From an uncultured virus (IMG/VR IMGVR_UViG_3300035689_000009) (taxonomy: Duplodnaviria; Heunggongvirae; Uroviricota; Caudoviricetes), in the IMG/VR virus record IMGVR_UViG_3300035689_000009, positions 1 through 64,000 of that record: a stretch of 64,000 nucleotides of DNA, one strand, 5' to 3'. Under the pieces are notes generated by a model, which did not search any database, was not told where the DNA came from, and saw nothing but the letters and a program-made list of their open reading frames with translations. The position numbers were made by a program, and so were the translations under genes. Positions 33,301 through 45,616 of the stretch are shown piece by piece. Every line of letters begins with the position of its first letter. Positions within the stretch are counted from its first letter, which is position 1.

Positions 33301-36300
33301 AGGGGAAGCTGAAGACTTTAAAATTTGAGTTAAACTACTTTGTCTATAACTTGCTATGAGTCCAGCATTTCCGGATTCTAATATTTCATCTGCATTTAAT
33401 GCTAACATTACTCCTTTGTCTGTCATAGCGGCTTTTTTGATTATTGCATCTGATGTTGCTCCAATATTAAAGTACTTACTCTTTACTGATTTAACTCCAC
33501 CTTCACCAGCACCCATATATTCCCTTGCGAAATCATCTACATTAACACTTGCTTGACCCGTAAATAGCTCGACTGAAGCTCCTTGCTCTCCATTCAAGTC
33601 AACCAACTTAAATATAGCTCTTTCTAAATCTTCTTGAGTTATATCTCCAGCGGATTGTTTAAATTTTTGAGCTACTTCTTTTGAGCCATGAGCTAGTGAG
33701 TTAAGATATTTAAATATTTTTTCTTCTTTACTTAATTGCTCCATACCTAAAGCTGACGGTTGACCACTTAAATCGGAAGAAAGATCAAGAACAAATCCAG
33801 TTCTATTATTTATCATGTCAGATACCGAATTTGAAACTCTTCTAAACTTTTCTCCCATTTGAGTTTCATCGCCAAACATTCTCATTATAGTGTCTTCATC
33901 TAGATGAGGTGCCATAAGCGCAAATTCTTGAGGACCAGTTGGTTGACGCCAAGCAAATGATGCAAGTTTTCTTACACCTTCACTATTTTTAATTGATTGT
34001 AAATTAGTTATCCATTTATCGTCTAAGTCGAATCCACCACCAGCTTCATATAAACCTAAACTCGAAGAGGCGATATCTGGAACTAACATCTTATGTCCAA
34101 CGTGTCTAAATTTAAATAAAGATAAATTATATGATTCATCTCCAAATTTAGTTGTAAATCTACTAAACGTGGTGTCATCTGTAACTCCAAGAACTTTACT
34201 GCCAACACCTCTTGATATTCTTCCTTCGGTATCTATAGCTTGTCTTTGCGCGTAAGGCATTGCGTAATTAAATATTGGCATGTCTTGAACTTTTCCGCCA
34301 ACAAATCTCTTATATGTTTTTCCATCTCTAAATGCTTCTCTTTGAGCTTGATTTAATAACTGATTAGCTATCTCTGGTATTTCGTTTACTCTTACTTGCC
34401 CAGATGACAAAACTTGTTGTAGATTTTTTGCATTTGTTCTAATTCTAACTGCGTTTTCTCTACTACCAAATCTTTCAACTAGCGTTTCTGTATCCATACC
34501 CTCTACATCAAGAGTTGCGTCGTTTAGTATTGACCTTCTTAATCTTTCACTTACAATTCCATCAGAAATGTTTTTTATTTCTCCTTCGAGAATTTGAGCG
34601 CTTTCACCAACTTGCCTAGCAAAGTCTTCACCATATTGCTCCCTGTGGAATAACATAGCTTGTGGTTCACTATAAACCATGTCCCTGCCATGCCCTTTAT
34701 TTATTTGCATAGTGATTTGCTGGCCAACATGTGGGCCCAATTCCCCACTGCCAGGCGCTGCTAATCTGGCAAAACTAATTTCTTTCTTAAGAAGCTCAGT
34801 TGAGCCAGCGCCCATGTAGCCAAGGTTAGCTAAACGATCTTCCATCTCTCCTTGTATTAAGTCAAAAACAGATTTACCCTGACCCCTTCCTATGAACATT
34901 CTAGCTGTATCGTGTTTAAACTCTCTTAAAGCTAATTTTCCTCCTTTTAAAAAACTATCAGAATCAGTTACGATTCTGTCTAGTTCAGATCTAAAAGTTT
35001 GAATTTTTCCAGTAAGATGAATCGCTTCATCGCTACCTTCCGCATAAGTATTAGCACTAAGTATTGCTTCAGCTTCTTTTATGGAAGACCTTAGACTATT
35101 TGCATGTTGCTTCATGGGTACACCGGTAATAAATCCAGAACCGTCATCTATCTTTTTCATTTCACCTAGAGCGTTTACGTATCTTTGATACTTTCCTTTA
35201 AGTTCAGCAGGGACGCCTTCTCCATCAGCCGCTTTTTCTATTCTTGATATAATGTCATCTAAAGAAATTTTTTGATTTTTTTTATCTGCAATACTTTCTC
35301 TAAACTGTGATTGTATAACACCTGCAAATTGATTAAACTCATCTTCTCCAGCTAAACCTTGTAGTTCTAAAGCTGAACGAAAATACTGCTGAGCTGATTG
35401 CGCTGTTTCTCCCTCCATGGCAATGCCGGTTCCAAGTCTTTCCCTGAGAATACCTAATCTTCCCTGTTTAGTAAGTGAAGCGTCTCCCAACAATGTATTG
35501 GTGTAGCTTTCTTCTAAGCCAAAAGCTTTTAATGTTGTTTCTAAAGCTGGATCAAAAAATAAATATGAATCTTCAAGAGTTTTTGGAGCTACACTTCTAA
35601 ACTGACTATCTACTCTTTTAGATAAATGACTAACAATATCACCAACTCCTTCTTGATCGATAACCATATTTCTTTCTACTAAACTTTGCCATTTCCTTTT
35701 ACCAGATTTGCCAAGTTGATTACCTAATATTTGTTCCGAGTTTTTTCCAAGATTCATAGATCCATCAGCATCTAATGGGTCTATAAGTTTTGCTAATCTA
35801 TCTATATTAAAATCTTGAACATCTAATGTATTGAATAAAGAAACTGTTTCTTCACCACTTAAGTACTTATATCCTTCATCTGTTTGATATCTTAACCTTA
35901 AAAGAATAGAAGAACCATCTCTCGATGCCAAGTATCCTGGTGGTAAAATGTCTCCTTTTGCTAATCGTTTCTCTACACCACCACCAGCCATAATATCTAA
36001 ATCTGGAAAACTTACTAGATCGTCATACAGTTGAGACATTTGACTTACTGTTTCGCCTGTAGTGTCTGAATATCCAATTCTTACTAATTCAATATTTTTT
36101 CCTTCAAGACTACTTAACACTGCGTGTCTTGACTTAAATGCTTTTGCTTCTGGATTATCTAATCTTAAATATTCATTAATGTTATATGTTAAATCAGAAA
36201 GGGGTCCAAAGCCAGAAGGGTCTGGAGATAAAACTCCTCTTGTTCCAGTAAATACGTTTACTTCAGAAATACCAAGTCTAGCTGTATCATTTATTGCTTC

Positions 36301-36474
36301 CTGTAAAGTCTTATAACGCGTTGAAGTTGCGGTGTTAATTAGGTCATTAGTAGCTTCATCAAATCTTACTAAACCTCTTGCATAGATGTCCTGTTTTTCT
36401 ATAACAGATCTAGGTATTTTGCTTATTTCTCGACCAAGACCTGGAGCTAACGTTGAAGGGTTTATGTCTGCCAT
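30326..36474 (-). CDS. Large helical virion protein (tape-measure/ejection-type), ~2048 aa, requires two +1 shifts (33102 and 30422)
   Basis: ORFs 33094-36474 and 30381-33077 join at ATG C GGA GTT. A second shift, GCT C GGA TTA, gives the C-terminus GLVTNGNVQGTMHDSLPSLGRNPYDDIAGSF* ending 26 nt before the next start. Hydrophobic segment IAGVAAIATGLAIFG near the C-terminus. Confidence 0.7.
30419..30422 (-). other. +1 recoding site 4 (GCT CGG A -> GCT GGA), codon ~2018
   Basis: In-frame CGG; zero frame ends RISNKWECPRYYA*; +1 frame gives 31 residues then TAA at 30326. Confidence 0.7.
33099..33102 (-). other. +1 recoding site 5 (ATG CGG A -> ATG GGA), codon 1125
   Basis: First CGG seen in 1,125 codons, two codons before the zero-frame TAA (TMRS*); the +1 frame continues GVKTALDSMFQRA. 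Confidence 0.85.
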
Positions 36475-36478
36475 TTTA

Positions 36479-39400
36479 TTATCCTCTTATTCCAGCCATA
36501 ATATTTACTGAACCTGGATTTGAATTGTTCATTACTGGAGATATGTTTCCATTTATTCCCATGTCAAACATAAGTCTTTGTAATTTAGACCTAACATCTT
36601 CTGGAGAAGAACCCCCCTGCCCAAACATGGGATAACTAGGGTTAACTAAGTTTGCTTCTTTTACTTGCTGTGGGAAGTAACCCATTTGTGACATTTCAAG
36701 ACCCATTGATTGACCCATTTTTATTTTTACATGTTCCATATTTGTATTTGGATGCCATACTTCAGAACCAGCAGCAGGTAGTTCATGTCTAGTAAAATAA
36801 TTTACTAAATCCGGTTTTCTCTCTACTGGCATTCCCCAAGCAGCTTCGTATATTCTTCTTTCTAATCTTCCAGCAGTAGATAATATCTTACTTCTCTCAC
36901 CCTTAGGTGCCTCAAGCATTGCTCTAAAGTGTTCTCTTTTTCTTTTTGGTATTGCTGCTGCAAGTTGGTCTATCGATTTCGTATTAAGATCTGCGCCATA
37001 CATTGTTTTTTTACTAGCTAACATAAATTGTTTAGCTGATTCTATATCTCCAACTTTTTCTGCTCTGGCTGCAGCTGTTCTATTTTTTACATAACTTAAT
37101 ATATCAACATATTCTTCAAGTGCTAATTCTTTTTTTCTATTTATTGGAATATATCTAGTCTCTTTCATTTTCTGAAGAGCTGAATAACCACCAACTGTTA
37201 CAGCTCCTACAGTTGCAAGAGCTGTTTGCATTCTTTTAGTTTTACCAAAAGAACCAAATGCAACTGCTCCTATTCCCGCCGCTAAGAGAGGGTTTCTTTG
37301 AGTTCCTTTATAATAGATTGGTTTAATAAAGCTTTCAACTGGATTTTGCCATTCAGGAAATGTTGAACCATAAACATTTCTTCTTTCCCAATCTTCAGTT
37401 GCTGTTTTCTTTCCAGTAAATTTGTTGTTAATAAAGTTGTCTGTGTGTAGTACAGATTCTTTTATTGTTCGTATTGGGTTAGTTATTTTTTCAACTGTAG
37501 AATAATCCGTATAAGGAGTAAAATCAGTTTTACTTTGTGCTATAGCATTTTGCTGAGCTCTTATTTGTCCAACTTTAATTCTTTCATCTTCACCTAATCC
37601 CATTTTATCTATTCTTGAATTTAAAGCTCTAAACTCTTTAGAGTATGGAGCTACGTCAGCAAGAATGTCAAGTTGGTTTACTGCTCCGTATCTTCCATTG
37701 GAATCAGAATAAACTCTATTAAATCTTTCGTAACCCACACCTGGCAATCTTAATTCACCTTCTTTTACCTTAGTGAATGGATCACCTGTAGTAAAGTCAA
37801 TAAAGTTACTACTGTTAGGAAGGAATGGATACTGCTTACCCATTGTATTCTTAATAGGGTTAATGAAATTAACATTAGTTCTTTCCTTTGGAATAAATCT
37901 TCTGACTATTTCAGAAGCTTCAATATTTCCAAGAGCACCATCAGATTGAAGAGGTACGTCTCCTAATCCACCTAAGTTTAAATCCCAAAAAGCTCTAGTA
38001 GTGCCATATGCTTTTGATGCTGATTGTAAAACTGATTTGTCTGGTTCAAAGTCATAGGAACCAAAGCCAAGAGCAGATCTTATATTGCCACCAGCAAAAC
38101 CATATATACCAAATGTTTCCTGCAACCTGTAACCAAGTTCTCCAGATTGGAATTCGTTGCTACCTGATCTTATTGGCAAGCCTGCTGCAACAATTTTTGA
38201 TGGCATAATTCCAGGTCCTGTTGGTGGACCAAATTGAACTGGTTGAACCTGAGATGAAACAGGAACTCTTTGATATGCTGCTGCTGCTAAAGCGTCGTTT
38301 TGCGCTCCAGACTGACCACGAACCAACTGTCTTGCGGTATTTAATGGTCCGCTGCTGTTAGCTAGCATTTGATTTGAACGAGAAATATTATAAGATCCAG
38401 CTATACCTCCAATTGGAGATGAGGCTGCTGCACCAGCGTAGTCTGACAGTGGAGATATAAACCTAAGCGGTTTTCCGCCATAAGCGGCTGGACGAGCTGC
38501 TGGGTAGCTAACAGCTGGATCCCTTTGCTCTACGTATCCAACGTTGCCAGGAGCCTCCTGAGGCATGTAGGCACCGCTGGCGCCAACTGGAACGTAGCTA
38601 GATAATGCTCTGTCTAGTTCCTGTTTATGCATTACCTTTTGAGGCTTTAGGATTCTTCCTATAGTTGCATTTAATACTGGTACTGCTGCACCAAACGGTC
38701 CAGAAAAGTATTCTCCAGTTACAGGATACGGTCTATCTTGATAGTGTTTTTTTTCAAACTTATAAGGGTCTAATGGTCTTAGTGGAGAAAAGTCATTGTA
38801 ATATAACATCTTTTCCATTGGACTGCCATAAGTGTCTGATGTAAACATCGCTCCACCTTGTAGTCTTCTATACCAAGATGGTCTGTAATATTCTATCTTT
38901 CCACCACTAAATTTTGTATTACCTAGAGGCCAGTATCTTCCCTTTTTAATTGGCACTTCGCCAGTTAATAACTGCTGTCTTTTTTGTCCGTAACCCATTC
39001 CGCCAGGTACAACACCAGATATTGCTGCTTGGGCTTCAACTCCAACTCTAGCTACTGCACCAAGTGCAAATGGAGAATATACTCTTTCTCCTCTTTCGTC
39101 TTTTCCTTGGGTATATCCGCCTACGGTTCTATCGACAGCTAATGCAGTTGTACCTATGGCAACTGCTGGCAGTACTCTTTCTGCATTCATTCCCCTGAAA
39201 TACATATCAAGAGGACCGTGGAAATTATCTGGATCTAGACTAGAACCAACAGTTCCAAAGTATCTATTTAATCTATTGAAACCATGAGATATTGGAACAG
39301 ATGCTAAAGAAAAACCTTCTTCATTTCCATATGTTTTTATTCCAGCAGCGCTGAGTAATGCTGCTTTTGGATTCCTCTTAAGAGCTGTGCCAAAAGTTGG

Positions 39401-42400
39401 AACAAATGCGTATGTCTCTGGACCGGATTGTCCGGATAAAGGACTTGCAGATGGTTTCTCTACATATCTTCCCATTCCCAAATTTTTCTTAAACACAGCA
39501 AATGGTTTATTTATACCCATTTGAGAAACCATTGAAGATTGACCAGTTGTAACTATGTTACCTTCAATATGTGGATCTAATAAGCCTTTTAGAGATTGAT
39601 CGCTTAATAATTTTCGCGTTTCTTGGAATCTTCTTAAAGGGTTTTGTAAGACTCCTGTTAAATTTTCTTCTACTCCAGACAACCCGGTTCCAGGATTGAA
39701 CTTATATGTTTCGAATGCTGTTAAGTTAAATATTGTAGATAATGCAGAAGCTTGGGCTTCTGCTTTTTGTGCAGATGATATAATCCCTCTTGCAGTTAAA
39801 TCATCTATAGCAGAACTAACATTTTGCATTACCGTCATTGGATCGCCGGTTAGTATTGCTTTTCTTTCTAGAAGAAATCTGAATACTTCTGACGACATTT
39901 CATCGCCTTTAGTTACAATGCTAGATGATTTTTCAAACATCTTTGATTGTTGCGAGAAATCATCTATGTCTGCAAAAGATTTAATTCTAGCAAAAGCCTT
40001 ACTTACATCCTGATATCTTTTTAAATCATTTTCATTTCCTGGAACCATTGATTTTCTTTGAGATTCTAAGAGATTTGCTAAGGCTTCTGATACCCTGCTT
40101 GCTTGAGCTGGAGTTGATATTCCGGTAATATCATCAACGCCAAGACCTCCAAGTTCGTCAGGCCCAAACGAACCAAGCACTTTTCTTTGAACTGATTTAT
40201 TAGTTCCATAGCTTAATTGTCTGTTTGCAAATCTAGTAAATGCTTCCATTAACTGAGAATGTGATGCTACTTGTGCTCCTGAGTCAACATCAAGTAAATT
40301 ATATTTAGCAATTTCTCCAACATCGTCTAATTCAGTGCGTAATTGTAAATTCTTTTTTCTTCCAAACCCACCAACTGAAAATGTTTCATCGATCTCACCA
40401 GATATGAGTTTAGCCATTACGGCATCGTTTTCTATATCGGCCTGTCTGTTAACTAATCTTCCAAAAAATCTAAATAAAGAGTTTGGTTGATCATCTGCGT
40501 AATCTAAACGTTCTTTAACTTTTCCTATTAAACTTGTTGCTGTGCGAGTTTGTTGCGTTCTTTTTCCAGCAGCTAGTTCTGCGGTGCTCGTAAACATTGA
40601 CGAAACTGATGTTGGGATTGGTCTATATGTTCCTTCTAAAGCTGTAGCTGCACCAGCAGCGTGTTCGTATAATCTTCCTTTTGTTCCTAGGAATCCACCT
40701 GTACTGTGCCATGTATAAAAATCTGCTTTAGATCCTTTAACAAATGGTTGGCTTGCTGCTCCTGAAGTTACTTGATATCTTCCAGCTTTTGCCATTCCAG
40801 CAAAGTCTTTATAGCCCAACATTTGCATTGGGTTAATCCCAATAATTGGAACCTTTGTTTCAGTAGCTAATGCTTCTGTTACTTTTCTAAGTCCAGATCT
40901 AATTGGATTAAAGTTTACTACATCTCCACTACTGGACTGATAATATCCTTTAACATTACTCAATGTAGTTTGAGTAGAAGATGTTTTAATTCTATTTAAT
41001 ATACCTAGCTCAGCACTGCTGTCCCCACTTAGTATATTTTTAGTTAGCGATTTTTGGAGTGGACCTTCTGCTATTTGATCTGTAATTGTTTTATAAGATA
41101 GGTTTTCTCTTTCTAGAAAATCGTCTACAGTAAGACCTTTTAATCCAAAAATTCCTGCTAATCCAGATGTTGGACCGGCAACCATTTCCTTATTATTCAT
41201 TAAGTAGCCTCTAAGTTGAGAGGCGTTTCTCATATCTATTCCACGAGCACCTAATGCTTTAGCTAATTGACTTGGATCTCCCAATGTTGATTCATCTAAT
41301 CCAAATACTTTTCCAGCTCTTTTAGCCATTTCAAGTCTAGCTTGAGATGCCTGAATTGAATCCCCAGCTGAATCAAGGAAGTTTAATCTATTTAATTTTT
41401 GCGGTTTTAATACCGAAGAAAAAACTTCTTTTTCAAAAATTTCTCTAGCTGAACTATGAGCTGCAGATACATTTATGCCAACATTTAAATTACTTCTCAT
41501 AGACTCTCTATATAGAGATTGATCTACTGCACTTACTGCTCTTTTAAGTTTGTCTGCATCAAAAGTATCTGGTATTGGATTATTCTTTCCATATTTTCCA
41601 GAATTAAATCTAGCTATTATTTGACCAAAAAAATCTTCTCCAACAATATCTTCATTGCCCATTTTCAATCGTTCAGTTGGGCTGATTATTTCTTTTACAA
41701 ATCCATCATCACCTGTAGAAATTTTTCTATAGATATCATCACTAACAGAAAGATTTTGACTAAATTTTTTGGCAACTGATTCACTTAGCCCATCGTCTAT
41801 TAATCGCTGCTCTAATCTACTCTTATAGGCACCTTGCCTTAGCATCTTTATGAAATCAGTTGATGCTCCTTTTCCACCAGTTTTAGTTTCAAATTCTCTT
41901 AAAAGACTAAATACATCTGATGATCTTTTTCTTTGTATGTTCAGTACTGATTCACCAAGTGAGGTGTTAATTAATTGGGCGCCTTCTGTAGTTGCCTTAT
42001 CGGCTCCAAGAATTTTTCCAAAACCTTCTTGTATTTTATTCCAATTTGTTCCAGGCTTATCTAGGAATGACTGAGCAAACGAAAGTTTTTGGTATTCTTC
42101 ATGTGCTGATTTAGCGCCTTGTCTGACAGCTTTGTAACCAGGAATTAGATCCAACATTGAATCTATTTTTGTTCCTTGTACAGTACCTACTCTATTACTT
42201 GTTGTGATCTTATTTATTGCTGCTTTATCACCCTTGTATATATCTTTAGCTAAATTTTGTATTACTTGTTTCCTAGAAGGCTTTGATAGACCAGGTGCTG
42301 GAGTAGAACCATGTCTTTGCGAATACAGAGCTGCAACTGGGTTTTTGTGAACATCTGTCATTGCAACAAATGCACTTGCTAAAGCTCCGGATGATCTTTC

Positions 42401-43319
42401 TGAGAACTTAATTGATTTATCTAATACGCTAAATAAATCGTGACCAACACCTTCAAGCATTCCTTTAAGGTTTAACGACTTTTCATAAATAGCGTGTTTT
42501 GCTGTACCAGCGCTTAAGTTTGAAAAACCCGTAGCGTTTGTCGCCATGAGTCTTTCTTGTGCTGTTCTATAAAAATTTAATGAGCTTTCTTTTGCTGCAC
42601 CAGCTGCAGCTGTTGGTAGCATGAATCCACCCATTTGGAATAGTGTTGTTTTAGCTAAATCCTTAGCTATATCTACACCTCTAGATGGATCATACCATTT
42701 CTTTTTTGGTCCAAGATCTTCTTCACCGGTACCGAACAGTGGTTTAGTTATATACTTATCTGCAGCATAAAAAGCAGGTACTTCATATGGTAGTCTTCTA
42801 GCTTGACGAACTAGCCTCTGTTGGAGCTCATCTCTATAATGCCATGTTGCAGTTGATGAAGCGCCTCTTCCTTCTGCTCTAAATGCATAACCTGCATTAA
42901 CAACGCTCTTATGTCCTTCGTAACCTGTTTGAAGTTTTCCAGCGGAATCAAAAACTAATTTTGTTTTTCCCTCTTCTAAACGAGTTACTCCCTCAAGTTC
43001 ATCGAGTATACTTCTTGCTTTTAGTAAACCATAGTTAGCTCTAGATATAAAGCTACCTTCGGCAGATGTTGCTGCTCTTTCAGTAAGGGCTTTTCCGTAT
43101 TTTTAAGCCACCACCTCTTACGAACTTTCCAGCAACTGTAGCTGCAACGCCAGTAGCGATCATGGCCGTAGCCATCTTTACTAGTGGTCTACCTTCTAAG
43201 GCTCTGTTGACATATCCAGAATCTGGGGATGGACCGTTCTGAGTATCGTCTCCGGTGGTGAATTCCCTAGAAGTTACGCCAAATCCAATATTATGGATTG
43301 GTCCTTTATCTCTCTGCAT
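36479..43319 (-). CDS. Tape-measure-like protein, ~2279 aa, requires +1 shift at 43097
   Basis: ORF 43080-43319 joins at ATA C GGA AAA to a frame open through 42634 to 36479. Directly downstream of the tail chaperone pair; Ala/Gly-rich helical character with hydrophobic stretches. Confidence 0.75.
43094..43097 (-). other. +1 recoding site 6 (ATA CGG A -> ATA GGA), codon 75
   Basis: In-frame CGG; zero frame ends RKSPY*; +1 frame is open for ~2,200 codons. Confidence 0.85.
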
Positions 43320-43340
43320 TCTTCACCCCCCCCTCTTGTA

Positions 43341-43974
43341 TTATCTGCTCATACCCCATAGTTTTTGAGCAATGGGGTCACTATATGTTGCAGATCCTTC
43401 AACCTTAGATGCATTGTGTCTAGCTGCTGATAGATTCTCTTTTTCTCTTTCTTCCTGAGGATCTATCAGGGATAGAGATACATTAGTGGATTCTATTCCA
43501 GCAATTGCTTGCTGAACTTCAATTATTTTTTCTGCCAATGCAACTCTTTCCGCTAGCTTTGAATAGGTTAGCGAATCTAGAAATTCTGGAGTATCTGTAT
43601 GTATAGTAGCTAGAACAAAGGCTTTCATTAAGCCTCTAACATGATTAGCTATTACTCTTTTTTCTTCTAAAATTCGCTTAGCTGTGCGTGCTGATGCGAA
43701 GCCAGAGAACTCAATTATCTGCTCAGCTAAAGAACTTATGGCTCCAGGTGGAAATTTATTTAAATCAAAATCTTCAGGATAAACTACGGATGCCCTAATA
43801 ATTTCATCTTCTGCGTCGGCGGAAGAATTACCTTCGGTACTTTTATATGCCGCAACTTTGTCAAATTCAGAAAAAGTTAATTCTTTAAATACTATTTCAG
43901 ATCCGTTTTATTTCAGTCTGAAATATTGAACCATGTTTTTTCTTTAGCTCAAAAAGAATTCCTGCATCTAACAT
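43341..43974 (-). CDS. Tail assembly chaperone paralogue 2, ~210 aa, requires +1 shift at 43905
   Basis: ATG at 43974, 1 nt after the upstream stop. MLDAGILFELKKKHGSIFQTEIK-GSEIVFKELTFSEF...PGAISSLAEQIIEFSGF aligns with the upstream paralogue (WKKQYGEVYV...IIWRVLSRIEY...AGLPSLISQEVLEASGF) across the shift. Confidence 0.75.
43902..43905 (-). other. +1 recoding site 7 (AAA CGG A -> AAA GGA), codon 24
   Basis: In-frame CGG; zero frame ends RI*; paralogue similarity spans both sides of the shift. Confidence 0.85.
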
Positions 43975-43975
43975 C

Positions 43976-44515
43976 TTAGAGTTGTCTAACCTCTAAAGCA
44001 ACGAATCCAGAAGCTTCTAAGACTTCTTGTGAGATCAGAGAAGGAAGACCTGCCATGTCACCAGTAAGAGCTTGCTTGTCATAAGATGGGAACAAAATGC
44101 AAAGTTCTGAAATTGCTTCTTCGTTCCACATATTTGCCTCTGCATTAGATAGCTGACCAGCTTGCATTAAGGTTTCCATCTTTTTAACAAGCTGCTTATA
44201 TTCGATTCTAGAAAGAACGCGCCATATGATATGCTTATCAAATGAAATAGAAGTTACGTAAACTTCACCGTACTGCTTCTTCCATGCTTTGATTTGTCCA
44301 GCTGTAGGACCGTTATCAAAAATAACCTGATCATCTGCTAATTCCTCAACTGTTGTAGCTTGCTCAACAGGGATTTGCTCATCTGAATAATCTGATACAA
44401 CGATATCGCCATCTTGTGGTTCATCGGTTTCTAAAAAAATATCAACTGAATCAGCAGAAATTTCTTCTGCCATTTTTTTATCTTGTCTAACTACAACTTT
44501 TCTCTTCTCAGACAT
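43976..44515 (-). CDS. Tail assembly chaperone paralogue 1
   Basis: Lies between the tube genes and the tape measure; acidic N-terminus; IKAWKKQYGEVY motif; AAGGAG RBS. Confidence 0.7.
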   Translation of the reverse strand: MSEKRKVVVRQDKKMAEEISADSVDIFLETDEPQDGDIVVSDYSDEQIPVEQATTVEELADDQVIFDNGPTAGQIKAWKKQYGEVYVTSISFDKHIIWRVLSRIEYKQLVKKMETLMQAGQLSNAEANMWNEEAISELCILFPSYDKQALTGDMAGLPSLISQEVLEASGFVALEVRQL

Positions 44516-44543
44516 TGTTTCTCCTTATATTGTTTCAAGTTAC

Positions 44544-44552
44544 ATTATATCA
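44544..44552 (-). promoter_or_regulatory. Extended -10 promoter element (TGATATAAT)
   Basis: Perfect TGnTATAAT ~29 nt upstream of the 44515 start, in the intergenic gap. Confidence 0.5.
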
Positions 44553-44569
44553 TATCTATATTAAAATTA

Positions 44570-45607
44570 TTATCTCGGCAGAGTACTTTCGGTCCTGTTC
44601 ACCAATGGACTCTCAACCACCGATTTTGTAGCATTAGAAGCCTGTGGCTCTGTTGTAACAAACGTCTTACCAGTATATGGATTAAAGCCGGATTCTGCCT
44701 CTGTAAGATAGAAGTCTCTAGCCACAAAGCTGTAGGTCTCTATCAGGGGAGATCCTCCACTTTGGTATTCTGTGCTCATTTGCATTAGGTGTACATTTTG
44801 TAAAACAATCTTCATTGGAGTTTTATTGTCAGCCATCTTAACTTTTCGCTCATTTATATCAGTAGAGATTATCCTGTCCAAGTTGTCTCTCTGCTCCATA
44901 GAGGCCGTAGAAGCGTTCTCCGTGACTCCTACGGGGCTCAAACTGGATTCCTCTACCCCATAGACTATAACGAAGTTAAATGGAGGATGAGCACTGAAGA
45001 TGTTATGTTGGCCATCTGCTGAAGATGTGCTTATTGCTGGATCAGTAGTTATTCTATCTAACTGACTATTGGCCCAATATTTCTGTATGTTTTCTTCATC
45101 TGTTCTTGATTCGTTTTGTGATCTTAAAACAGATACAACTCCAGAATTATCAGATTTACCCGATGCAGAGAAGCTTCTAACTCTTGCTGCCTCTTCTAGA
45201 AGGTGTGTCATCCTTCTAGGGTACCTTGAGTACAAGGAAAACTGACCAGTTATTATTCTAGATCCATTCATCATGGCATCAAAGTTGTATGACCAGAATC
45301 CGTAGACTGCTTGCTTTTCTTGTTTAATTAAAAAACCAAATCCAGCTATATCTAGTTCATCTTTTGGATCAAACAAACCATCGATATATACTTTTACATC
45401 TTCACCGGAGAAAAAGTAATCATAATAATTACTAAAACGAGGATCTCCAGTAGTTTTGCCACCAGCCCAATAAAGATCTAACTCTGCACTAAGAGGATCA
45501 AATGTTCCATTTTTGTTTCCTAGACCAGGATTAGTTGAGACGGTATCCTGATATGGAATATAGCCACTAAATGGTCTATATGGAACAGTTCTATATGGAC
45601 TTGTCAT
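44570..45607 (-). CDS. Tail tube-like protein, paralogue 3 (tube initiator/baseplate-proximal)
   Basis: YFFSGEDVKVYI, GSRIITGQF, PPFNFVI and ETYSFVARD motifs shared with the two upstream tube genes. Confidence 0.65.
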   Translation of the reverse strand: MTSPYRTVPYRPFSGYIPYQDTVSTNPGLGNKNGTFDPLSAELDLYWAGGKTTGDPRFSNYYDYFFSGEDVKVYIDGLFDPKDELDIAGFGFLIKQEKQAVYGFWSYNFDAMMNGSRIITGQFSLYSRYPRRMTHLLEEAARVRSFSASGKSDNSGVVSVLRSQNESRTDEENIQKYWANSQLDRITTDPAISTSSADGQHNIFSAHPPFNFVIVYGVEESSLSPVGVTENASTASMEQRDNLDRIISTDINERKVKMADNKTPMKIVLQNVHLMQMSTEYQSGGSPLIETYSFVARDFYLTEAESGFNPYTGKTFVTTEPQASNATKSVVESPLVNRTESTLPR

Positions 45608-45616
45608 ACTTAAACC

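Noticed and set aside
42635..43079. Non-coding gap or intron upstream of the tape-measure ORF
   Set aside because: The region is fully open in the downstream reading frame and is absorbed into the gene once the +1 shift at 43097 is applied.
43900..44000. Classical lambda G/GT -1 slippery-site fusion of the chaperone genes
   Set aside because: The second gene has its own ATG 1 nt after the first stop and is a full paralogue; no X XXY YYZ heptamer was seen at the end of the first gene.
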